NCBI RefSeq assembly: GCF_006345805.1
Contig: NC_043019.1
Span: 23,249,360-23,313,359 of the forward strand
Source of the DNA: Octopus sinensis
Taxonomy: Eukaryota
Direction of reading: 5' to 3'
DNA length: 64,000 nt
In this document: positions 28,238-42,615 of the stretch, piece by piece
Position numbering within the stretch: the stretch's first letter is position 1
Layout of the letters: every line of letters begins with the position of its first letter
Notes under the pieces: model-generated
The model's database searches: none
What the model saw: only the letters and a program-made list of their open reading frames with translations
What the model was told of the DNA's origin: nothing
Made by a program: the position numbers and the translations under genes

Positions 28238-28836
28238 TGTGTGTGTTTGTGTGTCTGTGTTTGTCCCTCTAGCATTGCTTGACAACCGATGCTGGTGTGT
28301 TTATGTCCCCGTTACTTAGCGGTTCGGCAAAAGAGACTGATAGAATAAGTACTGGGCTTACAAAAGAATATATCCCGGGGTCGAGTTGCTCGATTAAAGG
28401 CAGTGCTCCAGCATGGCCGCAGTCAAATGACTGAAACAAGTAAAAGAGTAAAAGAGTAAAGAGATATACTCTTACTTTTTTACTCTTTTACTTGTTTCAG
28501 TCATTTGACTGTGGCCATGCTGGAGCACTGCCTTTAGTCACATAATACTGTTGTAAAATGATTGTCACTGTCATACAAACAGTGTCATTCATTTCCTGTA
28601 TCCTGTTATGAACAGGTTTGGTCATAGGGAAATGTTGTATTGCTTAGAAACAGAAGACTGTCAAGAGAAGTAGAATCTGACCCATCCATGAATGCATGGA
28701 AAAGTGGACATTACGACAATGGCAATGGCAACAACAATGATGATGTAGGTGATGACAGTGATGATGATGATGATGATGGCGATGATGATGATGATGGTGG
28801 TGGTGGTGATGATGATGATGATGATGATGGTGGTGG

Positions 28837-28948
<112 letters not shown>

Positions 28949-29094
28949 GATGATGATGATGATAATGATGGCGATGATGATGATGATGATGGCGATGATG
29001 ATGATGATGATTACGCCGCCGCCGCCGCCGATGATGATGATGATGATGACGCCGCCGACGCCGATGATGGCGATGATGATGATGATGATGGCGA

Positions 29095-29154
<60 letters not shown>

Positions 29155-29170
29155 GATGATGATGATGATG

Positions 29171-29805
29171 AAAACCCATGCAAACATAGAATTGTGGAAT
29201 ATTAAAATGATGATGTGGATGATGATGACAAGATATGTTTATTGATTAGAAGAGGAAGGGTCTTGTCTATGATTTATATAGACTCTCCCTCAACTAGTTT
29301 GATTGATATTATTGATGAACTCAAAATAGCCTAAACTTTCTGCAACTCAGCTAATGAAAAGGGAAGACATGGAAAAAAGGCATGTTCATGGTCTCTCAAC
29401 TTGCTAGAAATAACAGCCAAATTTTTTATCAAAGTCATCTTACCATTACACAAACCAAAAAAAAAAATAAATTGGTGAGGAAAGGATACATTAGGAATCT
29501 GGCCATAGAAAAATCTGACTCAAAGTCAAATAAAACCCATGCAAACATAGAATTGTGGAATATTAAAATGATGATGTGGATGATGATGACAATATAGGTT
29601 TATTGATTAGAAGAGGAAGGGTCTTGTCTATGATTTATATAGACTCTCACTCAACTAGTTTTTATTGATATTATTGATGTATAGCCTAAACTTTCTGCAA
29701 CTCAGCTAATGAAAAGGGAAGACATGGACTTTTTTATCAAAGTCATCTTACCATTACACATACCAAAAAAAAAAAAATAAATTGGTGAGGAAAGGATACA
29801 TTAGG
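29171..29805. repeat. Local direct duplication (29171-29495 and 29532-29805, the second with deletions)
   Basis: aaaacccatgcaaacatagaattg...ggatacattagg occurs twice. Confidence 0.88.
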
Positions 29806-30456
29806 TAATAAGTGTGGATACAGGTGCTCTTAAAAAGTAAGACAGCAGGGCTGGAATTACCTTAGATCATAGGTGAGTCTGTCTGTTTGTTCATCTGTCT
29901 ATTAGATAAGTTCTGGGACTAGGCAACAACAAGCAGCAATGATAATAACAATTGCAGCAATAAGAAAAGAAACTAATGTGTTTAAGGAGCTAACTCAACA
30001 AAACTATTAGTGAGTTTCTATAGCAACAAAAAGTAACCAAGGTACCCTAGAGGAGGGCTATATTTTTATTATAAAAAAAGGAAGCAACAGCACAAAACAA
30101 GAAAAGAAGAACATTCATCATAGGTCAGCGTGATCAACATACTATAACAGCAATTTATGAAAATCGTTAACTGAAACAAAGAAAACAATTAGATGTGGTG
30201 AGATAAGAGGACTAAAAGAATAAAAATGATTTTATGATGTAGTTAAGCGAGACGGAGTGGGGGGAGTGGCTAGGTGGGAGGAGACGATTATGTAAGGAAT
30301 GGAAGTGGTGGGCATACTGTCTGAAAGGTTAACCCTTTGAAATAGCCAAACAGTTTTTATCCATATAATCACACACACACACACACAAATGTACACATAT
30401 ATATATACACATATATATATGGATATACATATATATACATACATATATATATATAT

Positions 30457-30508
<52 letters not shown>

Positions 30509-30967
30509 GTTTAAATATTTGTTGTGCAAGATTTTTTATGTGAAGTCGTGTGTTGAAACAGATATTGTTGTATTTAGGAATGGTCATTTTGCCAGTTTAG
30601 CCAATAAAAACACACGCACTATATATTTGGTGTTACTTTGCTTCAGTGTTATTTATTTTTTACATTAATCTTAATCTTATTTCGGCCAGAGTTCTTTCGT
30701 CACACTCCTGTGACCGCATCAGTGGTCCTTTGTTTTCTTCTTACTTATTTTTGTCTCTCCTTACTAACCGTCAGACACAAATAAGGAAGAAGAAAACAAA
30801 GGACCACTGATGCGGTCACAGGAGTGTGATGAAAGAACTCTGGCCGAAATAAGATTAAGATTAATATAAAAAATAAATAACACTGAAGCAAAGTAACACC
30901 AAATATATAGTGCGTGTGTTTTTATTGGCTAAACTGGCAAAATGACCATTCCTAAATATAACAATAT
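30509..30967. mobile_element. Penelope-like foldback (~190-bp arms plus ~53-bp extension) carrying two opposed hammerhead-like motifs (30684-30728 minus, 30801-30845 plus)
   Basis: Arms 30562-30750 and 30778-30967. Motif GGACCA-CUGAUGCG-GUCACA(ggag)UGUGAC-GAAA-GAAC-UC/UGGCC. Inserted in (TA)n. Confidence 0.7.
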
Positions 30968-31224
30968 ATATATATATATATATACAGTTTAGGAATCAGT
31001 TAGAGGGTTTTAATACCTCTAAGGGATAATTAAATCCAAAGTCGCTCCTGGTTATTACCTGGGTAGGTACAGTCTTTTGTAAGGTTGCACGGTAGTAGGT
31101 GGTTCAGTTGGTAAACCATAGTTTAGGTTATATAGAAGAAAATGGATATAATAACATGAGGCAATGACAAGTGACCAAGTCCTTTGGCGAGATACTGTGC
31201 CTGAGAAGACCTGTCAAGCCAAGT

Positions 31225-31437
31225 TAGTTAGTAGTTAGTTAGTTAATTTTTTGGCTCAAAAAGCAAAAAGCAAGGCCATGTAGGGGGACATGTAGTTATG
31301 TACAGGGTGGTGTTCATGTAAAGAGTTCAGGCCACTTGAGGTCAAGGGAGACTTTGAACAAAGCGGTCGTCGGCATCTTCACCATCTCGTCTGGCAGCTT
31401 GTTCCACGGAACCGCAACCCGGACGGAGAAAGCCCGA
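31225..31437 (-). mobile_element. CR1-like LINE 3' end
   Basis: AFSVRVAVPWNKLPDEMV...FKVSLD on the minus strand with a short (AACT)n tail. Confidence 0.7.
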
Positions 31438-31877
31438 AATCATTGTTGTAGCCATTGGTCAGCGTCATGTAACTGGTACCCATGCAAGTGGCACATAAAA
31501 AGAACCTTTCAAGTGTTGGGCCTCAAAAAAAGGCAATGACCGATGACCTTTGGCAATATGCTGTGTTTGAGAAGAAGATCCATGAAGCCAAGTGAAATTG
31601 CAGTCTTAATGATACTGGTGTCATGCAACTGACACCCATGACCCATGTTAGTGGCATGTAGAAGCACCCATTACACTCTTGACATGCTTGATGTTAGGAA
31701 GGGTACCCGGCTGTAGGAACCATGTCAAAATAGACTGGAAACTGGTGCAGCCCCTCAGCTTTACCCAACATTGGTCAAACTGTCTAACTCATTCTAGTAT
31801 GGACACCGGACATTACATGATGATGATGATGATGACGATGACGATGATGATGATGATGATGATGATGATGACGACGG

Positions 31878-31922
<45 letters not shown>

Positions 31923-32284
31923 GGAGGAGGAGGAGGAGGAGGAAGCGGATGAAGAAATATATTCAGAGAAGACTCCAGCTTCTAAAAAGCTTTTACTTAT
32001 ATTACATGTAAACATATAAAACCTGTAAACCTGTATAACTACTTCAGATTCAGAAAAACCAGAAATTGTAGGGATTTTCTATTTGTTCTTTATTGGGTGA
32101 GAGGAGAATTGTTATTGTCATTTCTTGTTTGTAAAACACTTTTCTCGATTTTTTTTTTGTTTATCAAAAGCCATGAGACACCCACACGGGTCTGTTGTAA
32201 TTGTCATGACAAAGAAAGATGTTGGATGAATGTGTTTACATTACCATCATCATCATCATCCTCAACATCACCATCATCATCATC

Positions 32285-32315
<31 letters not shown>

Positions 32316-32391
32316 TCGTCGTCGTCGTCATCATCATCATCATCGTCGTCGTCGTCATCATCATCATCATCGCCATCATCACCATCATCAC

Positions 32392-32424
<33 letters not shown>

Positions 32425-32471
32425 TGCCATCGCCATCATCATCATTATCATCATCATCGGCATCGGCGGCG

Positions 32472-32509
<38 letters not shown>

Positions 32510-32718
32510 GTCATCATCATCATCATCATCATCGCCATCATCATCATCATCGCGCTCGCCATCATCATCATCATCATCATCATCATCGCCATCATCATCA
32601 TCATCGCCATTATCATCATCATCATCGCCATCATCGGCGTCGGCGGCGTCATCATCATCATCATCGGCGGCGGCGGCGGCGGCGTAATCATCATCATCAT
32701 CATCGCCATCATCATCAT

Positions 32719-32755
<37 letters not shown>

Positions 32756-32977
32756 CTGTCATCACCTACATCATCATTGTTGTTGCCATTGTCATTGTCG
32801 TAATGTCCACTTTTCCATGCTTTCATGGATGGGTCAGGTAGGAATTTTTTAAGGCAGATTTTCTATGGTTGGATGCCTTTCCTGTCACCTACCCTCCCGT
32901 CGCCTGTTTCCATGGACAGCCAGACATGTTTGTTTTCACGAGAGAGTGGAATTGAGTGACATTGTTTAGATGACAGT

Positions 32978-33015
<38 letters not shown>

Positions 33016-36000
33016 CAATAACACACACACACACACACATACACACACAAACACACTCGTGCACACACACACACACACACACAGAAACATACATACATAT
33101 GTGTATATAAGTATGGAGCATATTAAGAAAATGAGAAATAAATTTATAGGAATTTTAAAGAATTATAAAGGCCATAGATTTTTAAAGAATTCATACGGAC
33201 TATAAATAAAAAATTGTAAGAGCCATAATCAGGGAGAATGAAGCAAACATTGTAAGGATAATATTTATCTCCACACTTGTGGATGTTCTGTTAAAACAAA
33301 TTATATTACGGTAATTACCATGAGAGAAACTCTCATAACAGCTTTGGTGCAAAATGCATTCCTTTTTATATTGGCAGCAGGAAGATAAATTCCTGCTATC
33401 TCCAGCACCAAGACCACCAGATCATATGATTTTGACCTTCCTCTGTGTGTGTGGGGGGGATGTATTTGTCCCCATCATCACTTGACAACCAGTGCTGGTG
33501 TGTTTACATCCTCATAACTTAGCGCATCAGCAAAAGAGACCGATGGGATAAGTACTAGGCTTTAGAAAATATATTTCTTTACTGCCCACAAGGGGCTAAA
33601 CATAGATGGGACAAGCAAGGACAGACAAACGGATTAAGTCGATTACATCGACCCCAGTGCGAAACTGGTACTTTATTTATCGACCCCGAAAGGAGGAAAG
33701 GTAAAGTCGACCTCGGCGAAATTTGAACTCAGAACATAACGATAATGCCGCTTTAGAAAATAAGTAGCAGGGTCGATTCATTTGACTAAAAATTCTTCAA
33801 GGTAGTGTTCCAGCATGGCCACAGTGTAATGACTGAAACAAGTAAAAGATAAAAGATTTGTAGGCAATTATTCTATGCCTACATTTCTTATGAGCATCTC
33901 ATCAGCTCCAAATAAGATGGCAATATTTCCTTCAGTAATAGTGGGAATTATTGGGCAACAAATACAACAATAAAGACACACACACTCATGTATGTGTACA
34001 TGAGTGTGTGTGTGTGTGTCTTTATGTTTGAATTTCTCCCCCACTGCTGCTTGACATCTAGTGTTGGTTTGTTTGCATCCCTATAACACAGTGGTTTAGC
34101 AAAAAGAGACCAATAGAATAAGCTCTAGGCTTAAAAATGAGTACTGAGGATTGATTTCTTCAACCAAACCCTTCATGGCAGTGCCCCAGCATGGCAGTAG
34201 TTTAATGATTTGAACAAATAAAAGATAAAGCATTTATCCATTGACCATAGTTGATTTTTGTCTGTGAGGTGAAAGTCGTTTTAAAAATTTGTTCTTAGGA
34301 ATGTAGCAATACTGAGAAAAAAATGGGTTGTTACATTTTGATATCTGAGAATTTTGGTAGTATTCCAGAATGAACTTCCACTTGTGGTTGCAATTGTCAA
34401 TACTCTTGTTTTTCCACTTTTGAGAAGCTATAGATTTCTTCAAGATTTGATGCTTTCCAGTCATGCAAAGTCCTTGTTATGATATGGCTTGGCCTTAATG
34501 ATATACTTCCTACTATTAAAGAACATGTCAGTCTTTAATCACTGTGTTTCCAGATGAATTACAACAAAAGGTGTGGAATATTCCCTATTTCTTGATCTGA
34601 ATAAATGGAGATAGTGAAAGAAACAAAACCTCATTACCACCACCACCACTCCTTTTATTCTGTCACTACCCCTATTCATTCCCACATAAGGTCACAGACT
34701 ACTTTAGACCTCTACCCAGACACCCATGAAAATTGTACATTACCATTCACTCATTTTTAGTCATTTTATTTCAAAATCTTTTGAAGCAACATGTCTTTCA
34801 GTTTATGCAATTCACTAAAGCTGTGAGATGTAGGAAGTTCAAATAAATATGTATTTTAGGAAAATATTTACACAAATGTCTGAGAACTTAGCTTTTAGTC
34901 TGAGACACAGGAGTGGCTTTAAAAGCATTTTTCAGGAGCCGATTTCTATAGATTGTTGAGAAACCACTCCCTCTCCCACTCTTTTTATTCAGTCACTGTC
35001 GTTATCCTTGCACACCCTCAACTCTGAAATGAAAAGGGGTTGCAATATATTATGCATATAAGAGAACAATATGCAATTGACAAGGTTATATCCACAAATT
35101 AACCTTGTCAATTGCATATTGTTCGCTTATCTATCTATTTGAGCGAGGTCGTTGCCAGTGCCACTGGACTGGCTCCTGTGCAGGTGGCACATCAAAAGCA
35201 CCATTTGAGTGTGGCCGTTGCCAGTACTGCCTGACTGGCCCCCGTTCTGGTGGCATGTAAAAGCACCCACTACACTCTCGGAGTGGTTGGCATCAGGAAG
35301 GGCATCCAGCTGTAGAAACTCTGCCAGATCTAGATTGGAGCCTGGTGCAGCCATCTGGTTCGCCAGTCCTCAGTTAAATCATCCAACCCATGCTAGCATG
35401 GAAAGTGGATGTTAACGATGATGATGATGATGATGATGATGATGGAAAACAGGTGTTAAATGACGACAATGATGATGATGATGAGTGGTGTAGGCATCGC
35501 TGAGTGATAAGAAGTTCACTTCCTAACCGCATGGTTCTCAGTTCAGTCCCATTGTGTGGAATTTTGGGCAAGTATCTTCCATAATAGCCCCAGGCCAAAC
35601 AAAGGCTTGTGAGTGGATTTGGTAGACAGAAACTGAAAGAAGTCCATTGTGTGTGTGTGTGTGTGTGTGTGTGCGAAGGTATGTGGCGTAGTGGTTAGGG
35701 TATTCAGCTCACAATCATAAAGTTGTGAGTTCAATTCCTGGTGATACATTGTGTCCTTGAGCTAGACACCTCATTTCACGCTGCTCTAGTCAACTCAGCC
35801 GGCAAAGGCACAGGAGTGGCTGTGTGGTAAGTAGCTTGCTTACGAACCACATGGTTCCGGGCTCAGTCCCACTGCGTGGCACCTTGGGCAAGTGTCTTCT
35901 ACTATAGCCTCGGGCTGACCAAAGCCTTGTGAGTGGATTTGGTAGACGGAAACTGAAAGAAGCCTGTCGTATATATGTATATATATGTATATATGTGTGT

Positions 36001-36786
36001 GTGGTGTGTGTGTGTGTGTTTGTGTGTCTGTGTTTGTCCCCCTAGCATTGCTTGACAACTGATGCTGGTGTGTTTATGTCCCCATTACTTAGTGGTTCGG
36101 CAAAAAAGACCGATAGACTAAGTACTGGGCTTACAAAAGAATAAGTCCCGGGGTCGAGTTGCTCGATTAAAGGCGGTGCTCCAGCATGGCCGCAGTCAAA
36201 TGACTGAAACAAGTAGAAAAAAAAAAGAGTACCTGTAATTCAGACGGCCAGCTTTGTTACACTTTATATCATGCTGAATCCCCTTGAGAACTATTTTAAG
36301 GGATCACATGTCTGTGGAGTGCTCAGCCACATGCATGTTAATTTCACAAGCAGGCTGTTCTGTTGATTGGATCAACTGGAACCCTCATCATCATATGCAA
36401 CAGTGCCAGTTAGTTGTATATATTTGTGTGTGTGTATATATGTGCGTGTGTGTATATATGTGTGTGTGTGTGTGTGTGTGTATGTTTGTGTGTGTGTGTG
36501 TGCGTACATGTGTGTGTACGAGCACATGCATGTAAATTACTAGTTTTTAAATCTCACAATGTGAGATATTCAACAACAGTACTTTGTAGTAAAGATTGTT
36601 TGCCAACATAACTTGGCAGTCTTGGTTTAGGACTAATGTTGCTGTAATTTAGCCCCAGGAGACATTGTCTCCAGCTGGCTACGCGACACGATCTGTGTCC
36701 TTACATTTTCGAACAAGGGAATCTAGCACTCCCACTCAGCTCAAAACAATATCTGTGTATCATGATTTCTGGGTTATTTCTCTTCA

Positions 36787-37127
36787 CATCTTGTATGTGA
36801 AGGCACGTGGCTCAATAGTTAGAGCGTCGAGCTTACGATCGTGAGGTTGTGAGCTCGAATCCGGACCGGGCTGCGTGTTGTGTTCTTGAGCAAGACACTT
36901 TATTTCACGTTGCTCCAGTTCACTCAGCTGTAGAAATGAGTTGCGACATCACAGGTGCCAAGCTGTATCGGCCCTTGCCTTTCCCTTGGACAACATCGGT
37001 GACGTGGAGAGGGGAGGCCAGTATGCATGGGCGACTGCTGGTCTTCCATAAAACAACCTTGCCCAGACTTGTGCCTCAGAGGGTAACTCTCTAGGTGCAA
37101 ACCCATGGTCAGTGTCTGACCGAAGGG

Positions 37128-37160
<33 letters not shown>
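36787..37160 (+). mobile_element. tRNA-headed SINE with (CT)n tail inserted into a small foldback
   Basis: Head GAAGGCACGTGGCTCAATAGTTAGAGCG. Flanking tctcttca is repeated on both sides. Confidence 0.7.
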
Positions 37161-37164
<4 letters not shown>

Positions 37165-37454
37165 ATCAGCAACTATTCTGTGCTGATGAAGAGAAATAAC
37201 CCAGAATTTTGATGGAAGGTTTTAATATGCTTTTGTTACCATATTTCTGTTGAAATTCACTGCTTCTGTATCAATAAATTTTGAAAATAATGAAAAATTT
37301 AGTCAAATAACTTTGACATTATTAAACAAGTGTTTAAATACAAACTAACAATAACAACAACAACAACAATAACAATAACAAAATTTTCTTTATTTTTGTT
37401 AGGAACACACAAAACAGACATTAAAATACAGAAACACATTTTGGGGTTGTGATG

Positions 37455-37516
<62 letters not shown>

Positions 37517-37741
37517 TAATAATAATAATCGTTTCTACTGGAAGCACAAGGCCTGAAATTTGGGGGAGGGTATTAAGTCAATGACATCAGCCCCAGTGCA
37601 TAACTGGTACTTATTTAATCGACCCTGAAAGGATAGAAGGCAAAGTTGGCTTCAGTGGGATTTGAACTCAGAATGTAGTGGCAGATGAAGTACCACTGAG
37701 CATTTCACCCAGCATGCTAACGATTCTGCCAGCTCACTGTC

Positions 37742-37810
<69 letters not shown>

Positions 37811-37843
37811 TAATAATAAATAAATAAATAAATAACCTAGTCT

Positions 37844-37849
37844 TTTATT
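37844..37849 (-). promoter_or_regulatory. Polyadenylation signal (AATAAA) of the Cys-rich peptide gene
   Basis: tttatt on the + strand, downstream of the stop codon and followed on the minus strand by T-rich (TTAT/TTA)n. Confidence 0.6.
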
Positions 37850-38024
37850 AAACACAATAATCACCACAGAACAAGAACAGCAATAACATTAACAACAAGA
37901 ATAAAAGAAATGACACAAACAATGACAATTCTTGTATAATATTTGATAAAGATAGATATGCACGTCTTTGATGCGGGGTGGTCGCTTGTTGGACATCACC
38001 AGACAAAGAAGTTACCATTTCACA

Positions 38025-38136
38025 TCAATCATATCTGTTGTGGTAGTTGAATCGACGATTGTACCAGCGATTTTGGCAATCAAGTTGTCGGCCGTTGTTG
38101 TCGAAGAACATAGGGTAGCATCCACAGTAGTTGGGT
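38025..38136 (-). CDS. Exon 3 (terminal coding exon) of the secreted Cys-rich peptide gene (PNYCGCYPMFFDNNGRQLDCQNRWYNRRFNYHNRYD*)
   Basis: Acceptor ttctgttgttgtttcgtttttcAG. CG+A=Arg keeps the frame. TGA stop at 38027-38025 and AATAAA ~175 nt downstream. Confidence 0.88.
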
Positions 38137-39099
38137 CTGAAAAACGAAACAACAACAGAACACTTCTTTTATCAGAAATGGAAAATATTCATTTGTTTGG
38201 GTTCTTTTTCTTGGTTTTTTTTCTTTTCTTTTTCTCTACTTTAATCTTTTATGTTACCATATTTCTTTTGAAAATTACTGTCTTTCATCATCATCATCAT
38301 CATCATCATCATTTAGCATCCGCATTCCATGCTGGCATGGGTTGGACGGTTCAACTGGGGTCTGGGAAGCCAGAAGACTGCACCAGGCCCAGTCTGATCT
38401 GGCAATGTTTCTACGGCTGGATGCCCTTCCTAACGCCAACCACTCCATGAGTGTAGTGGGTGCTTTTTACGTGCCACCGGCACAGGTGCCAGACGAAGCT
38501 GGCAAATGGCCACAATCGGATGGTGCTTTTTACATGCCATAATTTCAATATAATGAAAAATTTAGTTCAATAACTTTGTTGTTATTTAGCTGGTGTTTGG
38601 AGTACAAACTACCATGAAATTTTTATGGAAGATTATAATTTCAGATAACTTTAAAACAGAAAGTTTGTGCCATTGCACAAGAGATGGTCTCAGGTGAGTT
38701 ACAAGACACATCAACTGAGAGTCATGCAACATTTAACTGTTTCGTTAAAACACTTTCTGATAAAATACACTGTCTGTGTCTTAATTAATTTTGAAAATAA
38801 TGAAGAATTAAGTCAAATAATTTTGTCGTAATTAAACTGGTCATAAATTAACGTTAAATTTTTGATAGATTTTAATTTAGATTAATTTAACACTTTTGTT
38901 ACCAAAATTCTCCATATAACGAAGAAATTAGTTGAATAACTTTGCCATTGTTATTAAAGTGGTGTTTTGAACATAAATCAACATGGAATTTTGATGGAAA
39001 GTTTTAATTCAGATCTAAAGGATGAATCAACAATTAGGCCCCTATTCTAAAAAGAAAAAAAGGAAAATATATGACATAAAAGAATTAAGCAAAATCAAA

Positions 39100-39635
39100 A
39101 TCAAATTCGATGACTGGCGTCCAGGCTGGCAAGGTGCAAAGAGCACCATACGAGCATGATCATTGACAGAGCGGAAAACCGGCTTCCGTGCCAGTGACAC
39201 TTAAAGGGCACCATTCGAGTGTGATCGTTACCAGCGTCGCCTTACTGGCACTTGTGCTCGTGCTAGTAGGGTGCCAAGAGCACCATCCGAGTGTGATCGT
39301 TGCCAAGCAGCCAACTGACGTCCGTGCCAGTGGTACGTAAAAGGGCACCATTCAAGCATGATCGTTACCAACGTCGCCTTACTGGCACCTGTGCTGGTGG
39401 CATGTGTAAAAGGATTTGAGCGAGGTCGTTGCCAGTACCGGCTGACTGGCCCCCCGTGCCGGTGGCACGTAAAAAGCACCCACTACACTCTCGGAGTGGT
39501 TGGCGTTAGGAAGGGCATCCAGCTGTAGAAACTCTGCCAAATCAAGATTGGAGCCTGGTGCAGCCATCTGGTTCGCCAGCCCTCAGTCAAAATCGTCCAA
39601 CCCATGCTAGCATGGAAAGCGGACGTTAAATAATG

Positions 39636-39695
<60 letters not shown>

Positions 39696-39720
39696 CTGAT
39701 GATGATGATGATGATGATGA
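39100..39720 (+). mobile_element. SINE family C (internal GGTGGCACGTAAAAAGCACC subrepeats, GGCGTTAGGAAGGGCATCC core, (GAT)n tail)
   Basis: Dispersed copies at ~4515-4770, 12900-13240, 17428-17980, 22170-22700, 26740-27080, 27517-28000, 35140-35440, 38285-38540, 49670-49890 and 52770-53015. This family is the source of the recurring [11 protein letters not shown] ORFs. Confidence 0.85.
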
Positions 39721-39822
39721 TGAGCATAAAAAATTAAAATGACTGACAAAAAAGAAATAAAAATGTATGACAAAAAAATAATGTGATGCTACCAACAATG
39801 GAAATATTAGGATGTTACTCAC

Positions 39823-39919
39823 CGACAGTGGGCACCTCGGAAACCATAGCAAGTAGCACTTCGGCAAGGGTTGGGACAATGTCTTGGTACTTGGCCATCT
39901 GGACACATGGGGAAAGCAG
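39823..39919 (-). CDS. Exon 2 of the secreted Cys-rich peptide gene (AFPMCPDGQVPRHCPNPCRSATCYGFRGAHC-R)
   Basis: Acceptor cttctttcttttatttccAG and donor CG|GTGAGT. 97 nt, phase 1 in and phase 2 out, open frame with 5 Cys. Confidence 0.88.
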
Positions 39920-40421
39920 CTGGAAATAAAAGAAAGAAGAAAAGTTATTTATTTATTATCATGAGGAACATCTCAACATTGTCAAGAAGTTTCTCATGAA
40001 ATAAACAATGAAAACAATGGACAGGATCAAAGACATGAGAGCGTTTGCAAACAACTGCTGGAAGTCCTTGAGATGCTTGTTTTTAGAATCAAATTGTAAC
40101 AAAGGACGAAAAACAGATCTATTTTCATAAATCCTTATAAGAGAAATCAGTGACTTCTTTCCAGACAGGATTCAGAACCTGTTAAACAAGGTCAGTTCAC
40201 ACAAGATCCTATTGTGTGTTTGGTGGAATTTTCTCTCCTTGTTTTTTTCTGTGTTCCTTTCTGTAGAAGAGCGTAGGCTCGAAATGTAAAAGACTTTTTC
40301 TATTCCTGAGCGTTATACTAATACATCTGTTTGTTTTGTACACCACCTGTCTGTCTTTTTTTTCTTTTCGTAAACTCTCCCTATATACACATATATATAT
40401 ATATATGTATATATTTATATA

Positions 40422-40453
<32 letters not shown>

Positions 40454-40610
40454 CAGGGTGCAGTGAATAAATTGTCATCTAAATTACACAAAAATGAAAA
40501 AAACACTGGCATCTCATTTTAACAAATATATTTACCGAAATTACATAAAAATATCTTGAAATACTAAGGAGTAAATTTATTCAATAAAATCGCCATTGGC
40601 TTCAACCACA
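40454..40610 (-). mobile_element. Right end of a Tc1/mariner-superfamily element
   Basis: C-terminal VVEANGDFIE* on the minus strand followed by a TIR ending ...CACCCTG|TA. Confidence 0.55.
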
Positions 40611-41142
40611 ACCAAACTCGTCATTATAACCAATGCAGTGCTAGTTATATATATATATATATAAAATTTTTATGTACACACGCTGACATATGACCAATGT
40701 TGAACCCTTCTTCGCATAATCACCGAACCTAGAACTTACTACGGTCTGTCTATAGCACTTATTCAGTATTACCTGATACCTTTGGGTCTCAATGACACCA
40801 TTACCTCTCATAACCTCCTATATGTATGTGTGTGTGTGTGTGTGGAGGCACATGGCCTAGTGGTTAGAGCAGCGGACTCGCGGTCGAGGGATCGTGGGTT
40901 CGAATCTCAGACCGGCCGATGTGTGAATTTATGACGAAACATCTAAGCTCCCCTCAGCTCCAGCAGCAGGTAATGGCAAACTTCTGCTGACTCTTTTGCC
41001 ACAACTTTTTCTCACTCTTTCCTCCTGCATCTTGCAGCTCACCTGTGATGGACCAGCGTCCCATCCAGGTGGGGAACCTATATGCCAAGGAAAATCGGGA
41101 ATGGCTCAAGAAGGAACAAACAAAACAAAACATATATATATA

Positions 41143-41192
<50 letters not shown>

Positions 41193-41624
41193 CCAGCACT
41201 CCATCAGTTACGACGAGTGTTCCAGTTGAACCAAGGAACAGAATGGCCTGCTTTTGAAATTAAGATGTATGTATATGTGTGTGTGTGTGTGTGTGTTGTG
41301 TTTTTAACACTGCAAGTCATCCTCCCCATCATTTAGTGTGCCCATTTCCCATTTCCCAATCTGGGATGGGTTGAAGAGTTTGTCAGAGGCCAACGAGCCA
41401 GACGGTTGGTGCTAAGTACCAGAGTCCGCTCTGAAGATATTTTATCTCAAAGAATTCCATACCTTTATGCCTTCAAATGCTATGTATAAATTTAGAATGA
41501 TATACAGATGGTGATATTCATTTAATGCTATTTCAATTGCGTACACCAAATTTTACATACATATTGTACTTATATATGTAAAACTATATGAAAAACCACA
41601 TATACATAAGCACACACACATACT

Positions 41625-41673
<49 letters not shown>

Positions 41674-41868
41674 AAACACATACTGACACATGCAGACGAG
41701 TCTTTTTATTTGACTGGCAGCAATGATATTTTCCTGATATTCCCTGATCTTTCGTTAAATGTTAAACTTCTGACAGAGTTGGATTATATGACATATTTTA
41801 TGTATAACTATCTGTCAGTCTGTCTGTACATGTGTGCATGTGTATTTATACATACGTACATACATACA

Positions 41869-41935
<67 letters not shown>

Positions 41936-42479
41936 CATACATATATATATATATGCATATCTGTATGTATGTATGTACACACGTACACATACACACACAC
42001 ACACACATGCACACTCACACACACACATATATATATATACATGTATTCATGCATATATTCAATATACATGTTGCATTGAATTATGTAATATACATGTTTT
42101 CTGTATATTTATATATCTCCCTATGAATCTCTGCATATGTGTGTGTGTGAATGCTTATATATATATATATATATATATACCCATAGACACATACACCCTC
42201 ACACATTCCCACAGATATATACACAAACATACATATAAATACATATATACATGTGCATGTGTGTGTATGCGCATGTGTGTATGTGTGTGTATATACATGT
42301 ATGGATATATATATATATATATATATATCCTTCTATCTATCTATCTATCTATCGATATATATATATATATATATATATTGGCAGCATCGAAGGCAGACGT
42401 TAAATGATGATGATGATACATATATACATATACGTGTATGTGTGTGTGTGAGTGTGTGTGTGCGCGCGCACATACGCGC

Positions 42480-42515
42480 GTTCACCCACACATCTGTAAT
42501 ATGCCACAGGAGCAT

Positions 42516-42546
<31 letters not shown>

Positions 42547-42583
42547 GGTGGTGGTGGTAGTAGTAGTAGTAGTAGTGGTGGTG

Positions 42584-42615
<32 letters not shown>

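Noticed and set aside
37968-38450. 160-aa + strand ORF
   Set aside because: It is the antisense of real exon 3 running into a T-rich tract, (CAT)n and a SINE.
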